DNA of 64,000 bases from Ylistrum balloti (GCF_031769215.1 NW_026782403.1:124001-188000), one strand, 5' to 3'. Counted from the stretch's first letter, positions 12,211 to 26,900 are shown. Notes: a model not told the origin generated them from the sequence alone. Numbers and translations are program-made.

Positions 12211-12329
12211 TGACGCATGGGAACCCTAGATACATCTATATGTCATTGACAATAAAGATAAATATCCCTGAAACCAATATCGGTATTCTTGACACAGAAT
12301 ATCAATTTCGTTCGAACTCTTGATCCCAC

Positions 12330-12790
12330 GAGTTTTTGATGAATGTCCCTCAGTTGGGATCTTTGATATAAGTATAAGTGTCTTTTGGTGCTTAGATCAA
12401 TGTCTCTCAATTGGGTTCTTATATAAGTGTCCTTGAGTTCTTTGATCAATGTCTTTTGGTCGATTCGGTTCTTAGATAAATGACTGTGAGAGTTTTTTTA
12501 TCAATGCCCCTCATTTGTTTTCGGATACATGTAGTTACCTAGAACGCTTTGAACTATTTTCCTCGTTAGGTTCTTATGTAAGTGTCCTTTTAGAAATAGA
12601 TTAATATAATTATGTTCTAAGATCAGTGCCTGTTGAGGCCACCCTAGATCAGTATCCTTTGTATGCCAGGTCGCCTTATTAATGTCCTGGCCTAACGGAT
12701 ATGAAATCCTGTTTCGGGATCTTCGAAGTCCTCAATCACTGTCCTTGGAATACTATGTTAGTTACTTGGTCCTAGCTCTCAGTTACAACC
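12330..12790. repeat. Highly diverged ~47-bp tandem repeat, probably related to the preceding one
   Basis: Recurring gatcaatgtc(c/t)ct...ggttcttatataagtgtcctt motifs. Confidence 0.45.
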
Positions 12791-13830
12791 AATGCATATC
12801 CGGTTTATCTTATAACTGTAAACAAGTAAGTCTCATTCCATATGTCGCCTTGTTCACCATCGAATAGGGGAAGTTTTGTATCGCTGAATTGCATTTATCT
12901 TTCAATGGTAAACAGCACTCAAGCAAATATAACCCTCACAAACATGTTTATGTATCATACGTGTATATACCTGTGTATTTCACCTGTGACGGTTACACCT
13001 GAGTTAACACAAAGAAAATGACGCTTTCTGTAGTCTGCATTAATATACCATCAACACAGATTGCAAAAAGTGCACAAAGGGAGATAAACACGACATCTGT
13101 GTAACGATCGATTATGTAACGAGGTAAGAGATAAAAGCAGTGTTAGAATCTAAGCATGAGGTTCTAACTGGGATTATTGGTCGGTTTGCCTATCATACGG
13201 AATCTATTTATCGTTTGTATTGTCTAGCACGTGTACTATTGTCCGAGATTAATGCGAGTGAACCGACTACGGTAATTAATGAGTATTGACTGATTTTGCC
13301 TTCTGCCATGTTCGGTTGATGAAGCGCCATGTCTTTGATGATGTTGGGATTGGGCATATTTCATTTTATTTCATTTTAGTTTATTTGTTAACAGTTCTTC
13401 GGGAAACATCTGAGAAATGTAACATGTGAGGTTTTACGAATACATAAAACAAAGGAATCAAAATTATATTGGAAATGGCATTAACCTCCGTCGATAGGTG
13501 TCGGCGACAATGACATTGGAGGCACAGGTATACTTAATAATACCTTTACCAAGATTAATGGCAAAATTTTGCGATACAAAAAGTGTCTTGTAGACATGAG
13601 ATGGCGACTGTTGAAAACACATCAATTGTGTGTATATTTCATCATTAATTGATCTTAAATTACAGTTTTCAAAAATGGAAGGGCTTTGAAACTAGTCTCG
13701 GCGTGGCAGAAACATTTCGCACTTTACTTTGTTGTTAATGAACAAGAACGTTAAACATTACCTTACTTTACCTGTACATGCCGCATAAACGCTTAACGAA
13801 AGTGTGCACTACGTGCCAGCACGAACTTAC

Positions 13831-13959
13831 AGCGTCAGTTTAAATCTGTGAAGGTTGACGTTACAATCTGGGCGCTGCGTAGTTCCCCTCGTTGTCCTTG
13901 CTGGCATTTCTACCGTTATCTTGGAATGTGCTTCCTGTGGTAGTTGTGCCGGCGCGTTA
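13831..13959 (-). CDS. Candidate minus-strand exon (129 nt, phase 2/2), product unknown
   Basis: Long pyrimidine tract ttatcttcttctcattatcccgtgtactgtag| and donor gacgct|gtaagt. Only the phase-2 frame is open: NAPAQLPQEAHSKITVEMPARTTRGTTQRPDCNVNLHRFKLT. Confidence 0.45.
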
Positions 13960-16494
13960 CTACAGTACACGGGATAATGAGAAGAAGATAAACAGTAACT
14001 TGGCACCATCGCAACATTTACATTCATTTTCACCAAACGCAATCGAAATTATGAAGTGAACGAACTGGTGTGTTTACGTGGCATCCTATATACATTGATT
14101 TGTTGACATAGGTGATATGCGGTTTGCCTCAAAATTTCTCAATGGAATGGTTCTTGTGCCGTGATCGTTACGAGTCAGAAAGTAATGTTCTGCTAGAAAC
14201 CAGTATAGCAGTAATATCCATACTTGTGGTTCCACAGACGGTATAACTACATAACTCATAGTTCATTAGCTAATTACGCTGACAGGTGCCCCCGCCAATC
14301 ATATACTCTTATCAACGTTTCGTTAATTATGAACCTAGCACTTTAGATATTTCTTGGACGGTGTTCGTAATATTGTTACCTAACACATGTAGTGAACGTT
14401 GAACTGTAGGTAGTGTGGGTACACAAGACATACATCGATCAATGTCAGGGACTCGCTCGATGTCGTACGTATGGGCGACACATACAACAAGTGTTTGGTA
14501 CTCATGTCTTGAAATCTCTTTGTTACTTGTTAGCTAGTTGCCGGAGTGTGATATGTAAACGAGTTGTACTGCCCTTCGATAGATATATGCGTAATATAAG
14601 TATATATATAGCATACAGACATCGACAGGATAAACATCAGAAAAGCAGAAAGTTTTTAATTTTAAAAAAAGTTAGGAGAAGCGGGACTGATAAATGAAAT
14701 TTATTTTAATCTTGGCTACGTTGCAAGAAATTAAAAATTAAACATGTCATTGAGTAATTTACTCAATTTTTGATCTCATTTTTTTCCATAAAAAATCAGC
14801 TGTTGTTGAAGGAAAGATACGCTGAATGGTGCATTATTACGTCGTTAATTAACGTAACTGTGTGCGCGGAGTAAATCACCGCAGCAACAACCCACCACAA
14901 ACGCTATACGTCATCAGAACCGGGTTGAAGGCATGCAACAGTGAGTGTTATTTGCGAAATTGATTAATTCTATGACATCACGTGGTCAAAACGACAGATA
15001 AACCTTAGAAAATTGCCTGCCGATAATTCTGTATCAGATTCTGACCCAACAAGACACTACACTGTCCCGCAATTACCGGTGCTGACGATGTATCATGCCC
15101 CGGTTAGAGAGTTACTGGTGTAGCCAATAGATTATACCCCATAACGAGTAATTGTTTCGCCGGGTAATGTGACGGAACGTGTCTGCACAGCTGAAGTGAT
15201 GAATTTCTTCGTGTGTTTTTCAGAGGAAATAGAAATGGGTTCGGACGTTTAAATTCAAATGAGTCGGTTCAAATAAACTTTTCTTTTCCTTTAAAAAACG
15301 TAGGTTTTTGTGGGGAGGAGATTTAGACAGATTGGTTTTGGCACTGTGGTGCGTGTTTTACTGGATATACATCACTTATACAGCGATGTTTTCATGGTTA
15401 GTCTGATAAACGATCACATTCATCTTCTGATGGGAACGTGGCAAACTCGTTTCTGTTTCCTTCAATGTGGTGCATGGTGGACTCTACATGTTGAGCGTAT
15501 CATTACTTGTACACATATCTTCCAATCTATCAATATCTAGATTGGACATTGTCGTAATTACTAAAGGAAGAATATTAATCACCGTCAGAAACAGCATCCT
15601 GTGAAAGTTTCGTGTGATACTAAGTAATTTTACATCAATTGTGCAGTTTGACTTCAGATTATATAACATATCCAAGTTGTCCTACTTTTAAATCTGGGAA
15701 GGTTCCATCACATTTCATCAAATATGGCAGTGTCTTGTAACCAGTTCGGCCGTTTAATCTATTCTATTGCACATTGGATTAATCCCGTATGTTTTCAAAG
15801 GATTCCACGTGAAAGGAATTTTCCTGCTTCCTATATACATCGTCTAATAACATGGGTTGTCTTGTCTAACCTAAGCTATCGTCTCATTTCCGGTCTTGTC
15901 ATTCTAGTACTTATCTTTTCGTTTGAGGAAACGTAACTGACTTCGAGAATTAAGTTCAAACTTTAACTTTGGTTTGTATTTAATTTGAAGTAACGTGTAT
16001 TATACAAATTAATGGCAGCGCTTGGTACCGTCAGGTGTGGGCCCGCACACATGTCGGTAGGTCCGATATTGGAGGGGAGGGGGCGCAGTGGGTTAACGAG
16101 TTCCCCCCCATCACTCCAAGCTCAATCTGATACGGAACAGCTTCGGTACTTTTACCAGGGTTTGGCAGCCGTTCAGCTCTCATGCAATACTTGGGGAACT
16201 CGCAGAGAAACTTCAAACGTTTAAAGACTGTCTTTGAAAAATAATCTCCGAGTTATACGAATCCAAGAGTAACTGACGAATTTCTGGAATTTTAATGGCT
16301 TCGTTACTTGATATAATGAGTTCTATTTTATCTTGTTTCCGAGTTCCATCTTACAGACCATCAATTATAAACGAATAAGCTTTATGTCACTACCTATATT
16401 TGCGTTACCTCCGAAGTCAGTGGTATCTGTAAGGTCATAACTGTATATAAGTAATAGGATAACTTTAACAGCTAATGATATAACCTTAGACGTT

Positions 16495-16870
16495 TGTGGT
16501 ATAACTATAAAAGTCAGTGGTATAACTATAAAAGTTAGTGGTATAACTATAAACGTTAATGGTATAACTATAACAGTTAGTGGTATAACTATAAAAGTTA
16601 GTGGTATAACTATAAAATTTAGTGGTATAACTATAAACGTTAATGGTATAACTATAACAGTTAGTGGTATAACTATAAAGGTTAGTGGTATAACTATAAA
16701 AGTTAGTGGTATAACTATAAAAGTTAGTGGTATAACTATAAACGTTAATGGTATAACTATAACAGTTAGTGGTATAACTATAAAGGTTAGTGGTATAACT
16801 ATAACAGTTAGTGGTATAACTATAAAGGTTAGTGGTATAACTATAAAAGTTAGTGGTATAACTATAAAGA
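16495..16870. repeat. 21-bp minisatellite, ~17 copies
   Basis: Unit gttagtggtataactataaaa with variants. Confidence 0.95.
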
Positions 16871-17108
16871 TGAGTGGTAGAGGTATACAGATTCGTGGTA
16901 CAGGTATACAGGTTAGTGGTACAGGTTAGTGGTGCAGGTATACAGGTTAGTGGTACAAGTTACTGGTACAGGTATACAGGTTAGTGGTGCAAGGATACAG
17001 GTTAGTGGTACAGGTTAGTAGTGCAGGTATACAGGTTAGTAGTACATGTATACAGGTTAGTGGTGCAGGTATATAGGTTAGTGGTACAGGCATATATATG
17101 AGTGGTAC
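16871..17108. repeat. Related 21-bp / 12-bp minisatellite abutting the previous array
   Basis: Unit ggtatacaggttagtggtaca shares the gttagtggt core. Confidence 0.85.
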
Positions 17109-17689
17109 TTTTTTATATACGACAAATCTTTTGAAAGAAGTGATGTCAGGAACCACCAGTCTATCACGTGACAGTAAGCTACGGCCAGGTATGAGGATGT
17201 TTAACAGAGTGGTGTTGAAGTCAACAGGCTAAAAATATCGTCAGATTCCGACAAAAGATAACACAGTCCCATCAACGTAACATCATCTCTTTATCAACCT
17301 GTTAAGTTTTACATTTAAGAAATTGTAGACATGCTTTTATTTATACACTTAACTAGTAACATAGCCTGCTTTTACAAAAATTACAATCTGGAATGTACAC
17401 ACCATCTTTGACATTTAACGGCAATCAACAAATTACCATTTTTTGTTTCTTAGGCAAAACGAAAACCTTACTGACAAGAAATGTATATTTATGTGCAATA
17501 CACTTCAGCTGTTGTCTAAGATGTTAAGTTTTAACGGTCTCGATTGCACGTGTTCTTGCGATACATCAAAACATAGATAAAAGAAGATATATCGAAATGT
17601 GTCTTGCTTTGTTGAGTAAGGGAACGGCCGGGACGAAATATGCAGCTTAAAAACAGAACAGTATATACTGACGTACATGAACGACACGT

Positions 17690-18180
17690 CTCACACACAC
17701 ACAGCACGTCACAGCAGTAACACGTCACAATCATAGAACGTCACACAGGTAGTATATCACACACAATACTATAATGTCACTCATAAACAACGTCACGTAA
17801 ACGTCGTCCCGAACAACAATTACGTCACACACAAACAACACGAAACGCATAAATAACATACAACACCCAACATGATGAGCACATCACACAAAAACAATGC
17901 CAAACACAAACAACATGTTACAACCAACCCTTTACACACAAGTAACTCGTCCCATATAAACGCCGTCACAGAGAAAACCTCATACTAAAACAACACTTAA
18001 CATACTTAGATAATATCTAATACGTCACACACAAACAACGTCTCATACAAAATCAACACGTCACATGCAATACCAACATTCCACACACAACTTACACGTC
18101 ACTCACAGAATGAACGCGTCACACACTGATAAAACAAACATTTCACACACAATACCATCACGCCATGCACGTGTAACGCC
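17690..18180. repeat. Decayed AC-rich low-complexity repeat
   Basis: Many acgtcac(ac) and aacaac motifs at irregular spacing. Confidence 0.6.
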
Positions 18181-18855
18181 ATATAAAGAGCAAAGAACGT
18201 CACAAATTCGTACAATACATCAGTTACATAGTTAGGGAAAAGTTTTTCTGAGGTGTTCAATAAGCTTAATTAATAAACATATTGGACATTATGACACTTC
18301 CACGAATACTCCATGAACGATGAAAGGCTGTACGGGACAAATTAAGTGACTTGATCAAATGTTGTTCTTTATTTTCGAAGATCACGTGTGCCTTGTCACT
18401 TTCTGTCCACTGCGTTTACAACACTGTTCTACGGTACATTAAATACGGCGTCACTATAACAGCATACCACATGCTTGCACCTACATTACAAACTCTCTAC
18501 TCCACGACGTGTTAATCACAGGGCTATCTTTTGTTGATAAAGTATGAATTAACGACAGATAAACATACTACCATCCGTGGATATTCTAAATGATGTATCG
18601 GTGCTGGTTCAGCACAATATCCGGAAATGTTCTATTTTGGTTAGGTAAACACTGTGTTCTGGCTGTTAAGTGCAGCCTCACCAAGTGTAAACAGACCTGT
18701 TTTATTTTAACCGACTGTGCTATATATTTTGACAATTAATTGACGTAACAAGATGTCATTCCTCGATTGGTTCTTTAAACATTCAGAAAGGTAACTTCTG
18801 AGTATGCTAACACAGTAACACAACCTGGTATCTCCTGGTCGAGATTTTGCGATGG

Positions 18856-19115
18856 TGATGAGTACAGGGAAACCATACTTTGGCTCCTGTCAAATCAAAC
18901 TAAAGCGAAGATCCCTTTGATAATGCTGTAAAGGTGAAAAAGACAAATTGTGGTCCAGCGGTACACGATGGAGTGATTGATACGGCGGGCCTCTCTGATC
19001 CGACTGCCGAGAACGTTCAAAAACAAATCGCCAAAAACTGCATACCTCAGCGGTTTTGTTAACATTTGCACTACAATAAGCTACACGGCAGTGGTTAGAA
19101 TAGGAGATACACGGA
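18856..19115 (+). pseudogene. Degenerate GIMAP/AIG1-type GTPase fragment
   Basis: Frame 18904-19059 reads SEDPFDNAVKVKKTNCGPAVHDGVIDTAGLSDPTAENVQKQIAKNC, matching the AIG1 pattern F.S....T..C......VIDTPGL.D....E.V.KEI.KC. After a frameshift it reads SYTAVVRIGDTR (cf. AFLLVxRIGxRF). The P-loop is eroded, and there are stops on both sides. Confidence 0.5.
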
Positions 19116-20881
19116 TCTTTATTTACTCCCTCTTCTCTCGTCCTTAAACATGATGGAGGGGGATAAGTATAGACGTTATTTTTGTAAAACTAGCCACTCG
19201 TTTCCCAGCACTGAATTCGAAGCCAGGACTAAGTAGAGGGATACTGGAGCTTAGCGTTGCCAAACAGACACTGGACATTCAGAATTAAGATATGATCGAC
19301 CAAATATGTTACCCTGAAGCTTAAAGAAGATGAATTAAGACAGGGATGTGATATAAAGCGTGCTTTACCAGTGGCGTACCAGTAAGACCCCCATCACGTG
19401 ATCTGCTTCTCATGATGACTTAGGCTCTGTTACAATTTATGTGTTCCTGTGAAAACCATCATATTGATATTATATCACTTTAATATTTAATCCGCTTTCG
19501 TCCCGGATTGTTACCTTACCATACCAGAATAAACGATGTTGTCTCCATTTATAGCCCTACTTTTTAATTCAAAATAATTCGTTCCTGTGCCCAGAACTTT
19601 CACGCCCATGTGTTGGTATGTCAATTTGGTTTACATCATCATATTATGTGTTGTAGTAAGATGACATTTTCAGATGTCATTATCCAAATGTGTATCTTCA
19701 AAATCGTATGTCAGTTACAAATTGCCATTCAAAAAGAGTTGAGTTCCCACAAAGACTTCCATCCCGTTCCCAAATATTGACAGGTCCAGTATGGTTTATA
19801 GAGAAAGCCGTTTCTGTTTACTATAGGCTGGCGATTACTTCCGGTTCTGGGTTACAGCTACACAAAGTCCCGTCTTGTTCTTTATATCTAATATCTGTAT
19901 TTGAACATCTGACAGCTTCTAATAGACATAAGGTGATAAAAGTGTCATTCTTATCTAAATTCAAACAGGTTTATAATTTTTTGACAGCAATCCAAACATG
20001 TGATCGTTGAAATAATGCTCATCCTAGCAGAGTTTGGCACAGGACTACTAACTTCAGTGTATAACATAGTTGTCTTCTCCGACTGTTCACGTTGGGAAAC
20101 AGTCTACTCTCGCCATATTGACACAACTATATTAATGTTATATACCATGTATTTGTGTAGCTATGATTGAGTTCACACCTATGTACTAACATCATGTAGG
20201 GAGCCACGTGGATCAGCACAACACACACATATACTGTATATACAACCACGTGAGGTGTGTATACCTATACGCCTATCATTTTCTGTGTTAAAATTTCACA
20301 TGTAAACACCACAAATGCTTATTGTGCGTTTTCCCGTAATGGATTCAGTAGCCGTGTGTATTGTCTGTGTCAGGAGGCAGAACCACAATGGTTAGCTATC
20401 CAATATTTACAGGATGATGTAAATTTGTCCTCTAACCTTTGACTCTAGTAGAACTCGACCAGATCTCGCAAACACACCTAATCAATGAGCATGCGTTAGA
20501 GGGGATCTGACACCGTTATTTGATTTGGACGGGAATCTTAACAACAACAGTTGCATCCTGTTTTAAAGGAATTCATTTTGTGAGATCGATTTAGAACAAG
20601 CATTTCTACTCACTCTCGTCTTAATAACACAGACGAGCTGGCAGACTGACACGGCATGGCTAACTCTATCGGGAGCCGTACATAGCTCGGTCTATAGTAG
20701 AAACAGATAACGAACCGGGAATCCCCTCATTTGATCACCGACCGTTCAACATGAACTAGGGAAATACAGGTAAAGCTCGCAATGACTCACCTGTAATTTT
20801 ACAGATTATAGAAAAGTGGCATGTGAAAATGCTATGTGCATTTGCTAGCTATTGAAACACTATGCAGTTGGCGATATCCAT

Positions 20882-21207
20882 ATGCAGTCCCCGAGTGGTG
20901 TCTGTCTGAGAGAAGCAGACGCTTTAGCGGAAGAATCCGTTAACATGTCAATTCTGAAACTATCGGATGATAGTCCGGATTCTAAACGTTCCGACCACGT
21001 GAAAACGGCGTCTGTCAGTTTTGGGGAGGTGTACATCCAAGGGAGCAATGACACCGGAAGTGACGTAGAACTGGACATTGAGGTGACTCCTCTAACCAGT
21101 CCACGAAGGGGCAAGGGCAAAAAACATGCCCGTGTGATAATACCCCCTAGGGACGGAGAGTCCATGGATCGGGAACCATTAATTACGGAAACCTCTGTTA
21201 CGGACGG
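20882..21207 (+). CDS. First coding exon of a large spliced gene (uncharacterised, disordered N-terminus)
   Basis: ATG at 20882 with an in-frame TAG at 20846. 108 codons MQSPSGVCLREADALAEESV...DGESMDREPLITETSVTD with protein-like composition. Strong donor GG|gtaagt (phase 2) at 21207/21208; candidate acceptor taattttacag| at 20804. Confidence 0.75.
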
Positions 21208-23960
21208 GTAAGTGTCGTTACCAGCAGTACGGTGCAGTGTAATAGCGACGTCAACAGGGGTGATTTAGTAATTTTAACAACGTTGCACAGTCATTGCATG
21301 TTGTCATACTATGCAGGTACATGTAAACTAAGAGTTATTAGAATAGTGACAATGCATTCTGGTTGCTTTCATTTCAGTGAACATGCTATGTAATACATTA
21401 TATATAATTTAATTTCACAGCCTTGTTAAATCGTCATCTTCGGAGCGGACCGTCGCCTTGGTAACGCCATGACAGAATTTTACATAATTGACACGTATTA
21501 AAATGTCATCTCGACATGTTCAACATGTAAACAATAATAGCATTTCGCGTGGTGGCATTTCAGCCACGTGGTACGATCATGCGATTTAATCTAGACACCG
21601 TTACCAATACAGTATATTGTGCTGCTACAATGTCCTCTCAATGGTACAACACTTAGTATATCAAGACACACTTGTATAATATTCTAATTGTATAACTAAC
21701 TTATACACACACAGCCTGCTAATCAACCAAAGTTTGACATTTATTTCAGAATAAATTTTGTTGATATTGAAATGAACTGATATATGAATATCCATGTTTT
21801 ATGAACTATCAACATGTAAACACATGGATAGGTGATGATTTCGCCCACAGCGGAGAAACGTGTCTTGATTGAGCTATTAAGATTTTACGGGCATTGGGTT
21901 GACAACCGGTTAGTATTTCTGTCAGGGCTTTGTTGAAACGCTCTACCTTGAATCTTTAGCTCTTACCCCTAAGAATATATATTATTGTTTATTAACATCA
22001 GGAAGTCATATTAGTCAATAAACAAACTGAATATTTATATACCACATACTCCCATACTAACCGTCAATTATATAAACAAACATGACAATGTACTTAGACA
22101 GAGTATATATACATATATATATCGATCTTCAGTACTATCCTTTAAATCATTTCTGTGAATATTCCTGTTGTCGGCTCTTACATATACACAATGGATTACC
22201 ATATTTCAAGTACATGTATTGTACTTATATTACCAGCTATAATAATCAACGTTAGACAACGTCCTGCAGCGTCCAGTGGGGCGTAGCATGGCATCGTGCT
22301 TACCACCCGTAGACCATGCACGAGACATTCTGTTTGTGTGTTAACTAGTAACGTTTTACAATTACTTACCGGATTTTGGAAATACATGACCCACTCTTGT
22401 TATTTGGGGACCCACCAAATATAGGAATTGTTACATTTATTCTATGTACTCAACAACGTTGGGTTTACATTTTATGTATTTGATGTTTATATTTGTCAAC
22501 GGGTTCGCTAGCATGTAGTGTGACCTTAAACCACTTATATTGGAAGGTCTATATTGGATTACTAGAGGTACGGGAATGGACCAGAGTTTATAAGAACGGC
22601 ATGGAAAGGCATACAAGTATATCAATAATATAATGGAACGTAATCACGAGAATCGGGTCAGTGACGGATCGATAGGAAAACACACGTGGTCACCGCGAGC
22701 GCACGGAAAAATGCCACATCAGCGAAACTCGTGCACATGGTCGTGTGGGACAGTGTAATTAGGACTGATTACCTGACTCTCGTGCAGTCCATTAGTCGTG
22801 ACTCACATGTGCTATAATGCGTGCCCCGTTAACGGAATCATTCAGAGAGGAATGCTAGTGATTTCTGTATACAATCATAAGAGCAATATAGGTAATGGAT
22901 GAACAGTATTGTACAGGGATCGTATCAAAAGATATTTTCACAAGCATATGATTGGTAGATTATTACAGGAAATCTTCCGCTCAGAAGATAAAGTGGAATG
23001 ATTTAGCTCAGTCACGGTATATAAATACCTGCCATAAATAGAGGCACTATGATAGCTGAGTACTCTTAAGATAACTCGGGGTCAAGGTCATCTGCAAACT
23101 GTTCCTCCAACGGGATCGTTTTGTCAGAAGCTACATATATATTTATTAATTTAAGTGTTCTGGGCGGAGAGATGTTCAAGACGAAATAACTAGCAGTTTT
23201 ATTGATTCGTACACAGGAATGTGACATGTTTTATAAGCTCGTCGTAAATGATAACAAACTTGTATTTGTTCCGAAATGCAGACTTGGAATACAGCGGGAT
23301 ATTGTGTATTGGTATGATTTACGACAAGAACCTATACACGAGAGATCCCATTGACACATCCACGCGTGTGTACGCAACACTTGCACATTTTTTTCTTGTC
23401 TATGTGCTGTCTACTGTATCGGATCTCGCCATGACGTGTGCAGTCCTGGTATATGTTTACATTAAGATACGACATAGACAATTTAAATTCAAACTTTTAA
23501 TGATATGAGTACAAAAGAAATGAATCATGCTCCACATGAGGTCACATAAAGGTCAAGGTTACCACTGTTACCTGGTCTATGTAGGAGGAGCACTGCAGCT
23601 GTAGGCTGTACGTGTTATACAATAAACAGATCACGTTTTCATTTCCATACCAATAAATATTACAGTATAAAATACGTCCTGTTGATTGTTGGTGTGTGGT
23701 TTTACATGTTACAAAACCTGGTGAAATTCTTATATTTGTTATCAATCACGTGTATGGATGCCGGGTTTGTAGAAAGATATATGTGCTAGTTGTCAATTCA
23801 GGGCATTACCGCAGTCAGACACGGTAAGACCTCCCTGGGGCGCACTTGGTTCAAAATGTTCATATGATGACAATCTACATGTATAGGTAAAACTGACTGG
23901 ATTCATGAAAGATGCAAAAACAAATCAAAAACTTGGGTTCTATTTTTGAACAGTTGTAAG

Positions 23961-26900
23961 GTAGATGGTATATATGGCTGTGTTGGTTAGGTTAGTAGTT
24001 GGGCAGACGGTATTTATGGCTGTGTTGGTTAGGTAAGTAGTTTGGTAGACGGTATATATGGCCGTGTTGGTTAGGTTAGTAGTTTGGTAGACGGTGTATA
24101 TGGCTGTGTTGGTTAGGTAAGTAGTTTGGTAGACGGTATATATGGCCGTGTTGGTTAGGTTAGTAGTTTGGTAGACGGTGTATATGGCTGTGTTGGTTAG
24201 GTAAGTAGTTTGGTAGACGGTATATATGGCTGTGTTGGTTAGGTAAGTAGTTTGGTAGACGGTGTATATGGCTGTGTTAGTTAGGTTAGTAGTTGGGCAG
24301 ACGGTATATATGGCTGTGTTGGTTAGGTAAGTAGTTTGGTAGACGGTGTATATGGCTGTGTTGGTTAGGTAAGTAGTTTGGTAGACAGTATATATGGCCG
24401 TGTTGGTTAGGTAAGTAGTTTGGTAGACGGTGTATATGGCTGTGTTAGTTAGGTTAGTAGTTGGGTAGACGGTGTATATGGCTGTGTTGGTTAGGTTAGT
24501 AGTTGGGTAGACGGTATATATGGCTGTGTTGGTTAGGTAAGTAGTTTGGTAGACGGTATATATTGCTGTGTTAGTTAGGTTAGTAGTTGGGTAGACGGTA
24601 TATATGGCTGTGTTGGTTAGGTAAGTAGTTTGGTAGACGGTATATATGGCTGTGTTAGTTAGGTTAGTAGTTGGGTAGACGGTATATATGGCTGTGTTGG
24701 TTAGGTTAGTAGTTGGGTAGACGGTATATATGGCTGTGTTGGTTAGGTAAGTAGTTTGGTAGACGGTGTATATGGCTGTGTTAGTTAGGTTAGTAGTTGA
24801 GTAGACGGTATATATGGCTGTGTTAGTTAGGTAAGTAGTTGGGTAGACAGTGTATATGGCTGTGTTGGTTCGGTTAGTAGTTGTGTAGACGGTATATATG
24901 GCTGTGTTGGTTAGGTTAGTAGTTGGGTAGACGGTATATATGGCTGTGTTAGTTAGGTTAGTAGTTGGGCAGACGGTATATATGGCTGTGTTGGTTAGGT
25001 TAGTAGTTGGGTAGACGGTATATATGGCTGTGTTGGTTAGGTTAGTAGTTGGGTAGACGGTATATATGGCTGTGTTAGTTAGGTTAGTAGTTGGGTAGAC
25101 GGTGTATATGGCTGTGTTAGTTAGGTTAGTAGTTGGGCAGACGGTATATATGGCTGTGTTGGTTAGGTTAGTAGTTGGGTAGACGGTATATATGGCTGTT
25201 TTGGTTAGGTAAGTAGTTGGGTAGACGGTATATATGGCTGTGTTGGTTAGGTTAGTAGTTGGGCAGACGGTATATATGGCTGTGTTAGTTAGGTTAGTAG
25301 TTGTGTAGACGGTATATATGGCTGTGTTGGTTAGGTAAGTAGTTGGGCAGACGGTATATATGGCTGTGTTAGTTAGGTTAGTAGTTGGGTAGACGGTGTA
25401 TATGGCTGTGTTGGTTAGGTTAGTAGTTGGGTAGACTGTAAATATGGCTGTGTTAGTTAGGTTAGTAGTTGGGTAGACGGTGTATATGGCTGTGTTGGTT
25501 AGGTTAGTAGTTGGGTAGACTGTAAATATGGCTGTGTTAGTTAGGTTAGTAGTTGAGTAGACGGTGTATATGGCTGTGTTGGTTAGGTTAGTAGTTGGGT
25601 AGACTGTATATATGACTGTGTTGGTTAGGTAAGTAGTTGGGTAGACGGTATATATGGCTGTGTTGGTTAGGTTAGTAGTTGGGTAGACGGTATATATGGC
25701 TGTGTTGGTTAGGTTAGTAGTTGGGTAGACGGTATATATGGCTGTGTTGGTTAGGTTAGTAGTTGGGTAGACGGTATATATGAATGTGTTGGTTAGGTAA
25801 TTAGTTGGGTAGACGGTATATATGGCTGTGTTAGTTAGGTTAGTAGTTTGGTAGACGGTATATATGGCTGTGTTGGTTAGGTTAGTAGTTGGGTAGACGG
25901 TATATATGGCTGTGTTGGTTAGGTAAGTAGTTGGGTAGACGGTATATATGGCTGTGTTGGTTAGGTAAGTAGTTTGGTAGACGGTGTATATGGCTGTGTT
26001 AGTTAGGTTAGTAGTTGGGTAGACGGTGTATATGGCTGTGTTGGTTAGGTAAGTAGTTGGGTAGACGGTGTATATGGCTGTGTTGGTTAGGTAAGTAGTT
26101 TGGTAGACGGTGTATATGGCTGTGTTAGTTAGGTTAGTAGTTGGGTAGACGGTGTATATGGCTGTGTTGGTTAGGTAAGTAGTTTGGTAGACGGTGTATA
26201 TGGCTGTGTTGGTTAGGTTAGTAGTTGGGTAGACGGTATATATGGCTGTGTTGGTTAGGTAAGTAGTTTGGTAGACGGTATATATGGCTGTGTTGGTTAG
26301 GTAAGTAGTTTGGTAGACGGTATATATGGCTGTGTTGGTTAGGTTAGTAGTTTGGTAGACGGTGTATATGGCTGTGTTGGTTAGGTTAGTAGTTTGGTAG
26401 ACGGTGTATATGGCTGTGTTGGTTAGGTAAGTAGTTTGGTAGACGGTATATATGGCTGTGTTGGTTAGGTTAGTAGTTTGGTAGACGGTATATATGGCTG
26501 TGTTGGTTAGGTAAGTAGTTTGGTAGACGGTATATATGGCTGTGTTGGTTAGGTTAGTAGTTTGGTAGACGGTGTATATGGCTGTGTTGGTTAGGTAAGT
26601 AGTTGGGTAGACGGTATATATGAATGTGTTGGTTAGGTAAGTAGTTGGGTAGACGGTGTATATGGCTGTGTTGGTTAGGTTAGTAGTTGGGCAGACGGTA
26701 TATATGGCTGTTTTGGTTAGGTAAGTAGTTGGGTAGACGGTATATATGGCTGTTTTGGTTAGGTTAGTAGTTGGGTAGACGGTGTATATGGCTGTGTTGG
26801 TTAGGTTAGTAGTTTGGTAGACGGTATATATGGCTGTGTTGGTTAGGTAAGTAGTTGGGTAGACGGTATATATGGCTGTGTTGGTTAGGTAAGTAGTTTG

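Noticed and set aside
20860-21165. 101-aa minus-strand ORF
   Set aside because: Antisense shadow of the plus-strand coding exon.
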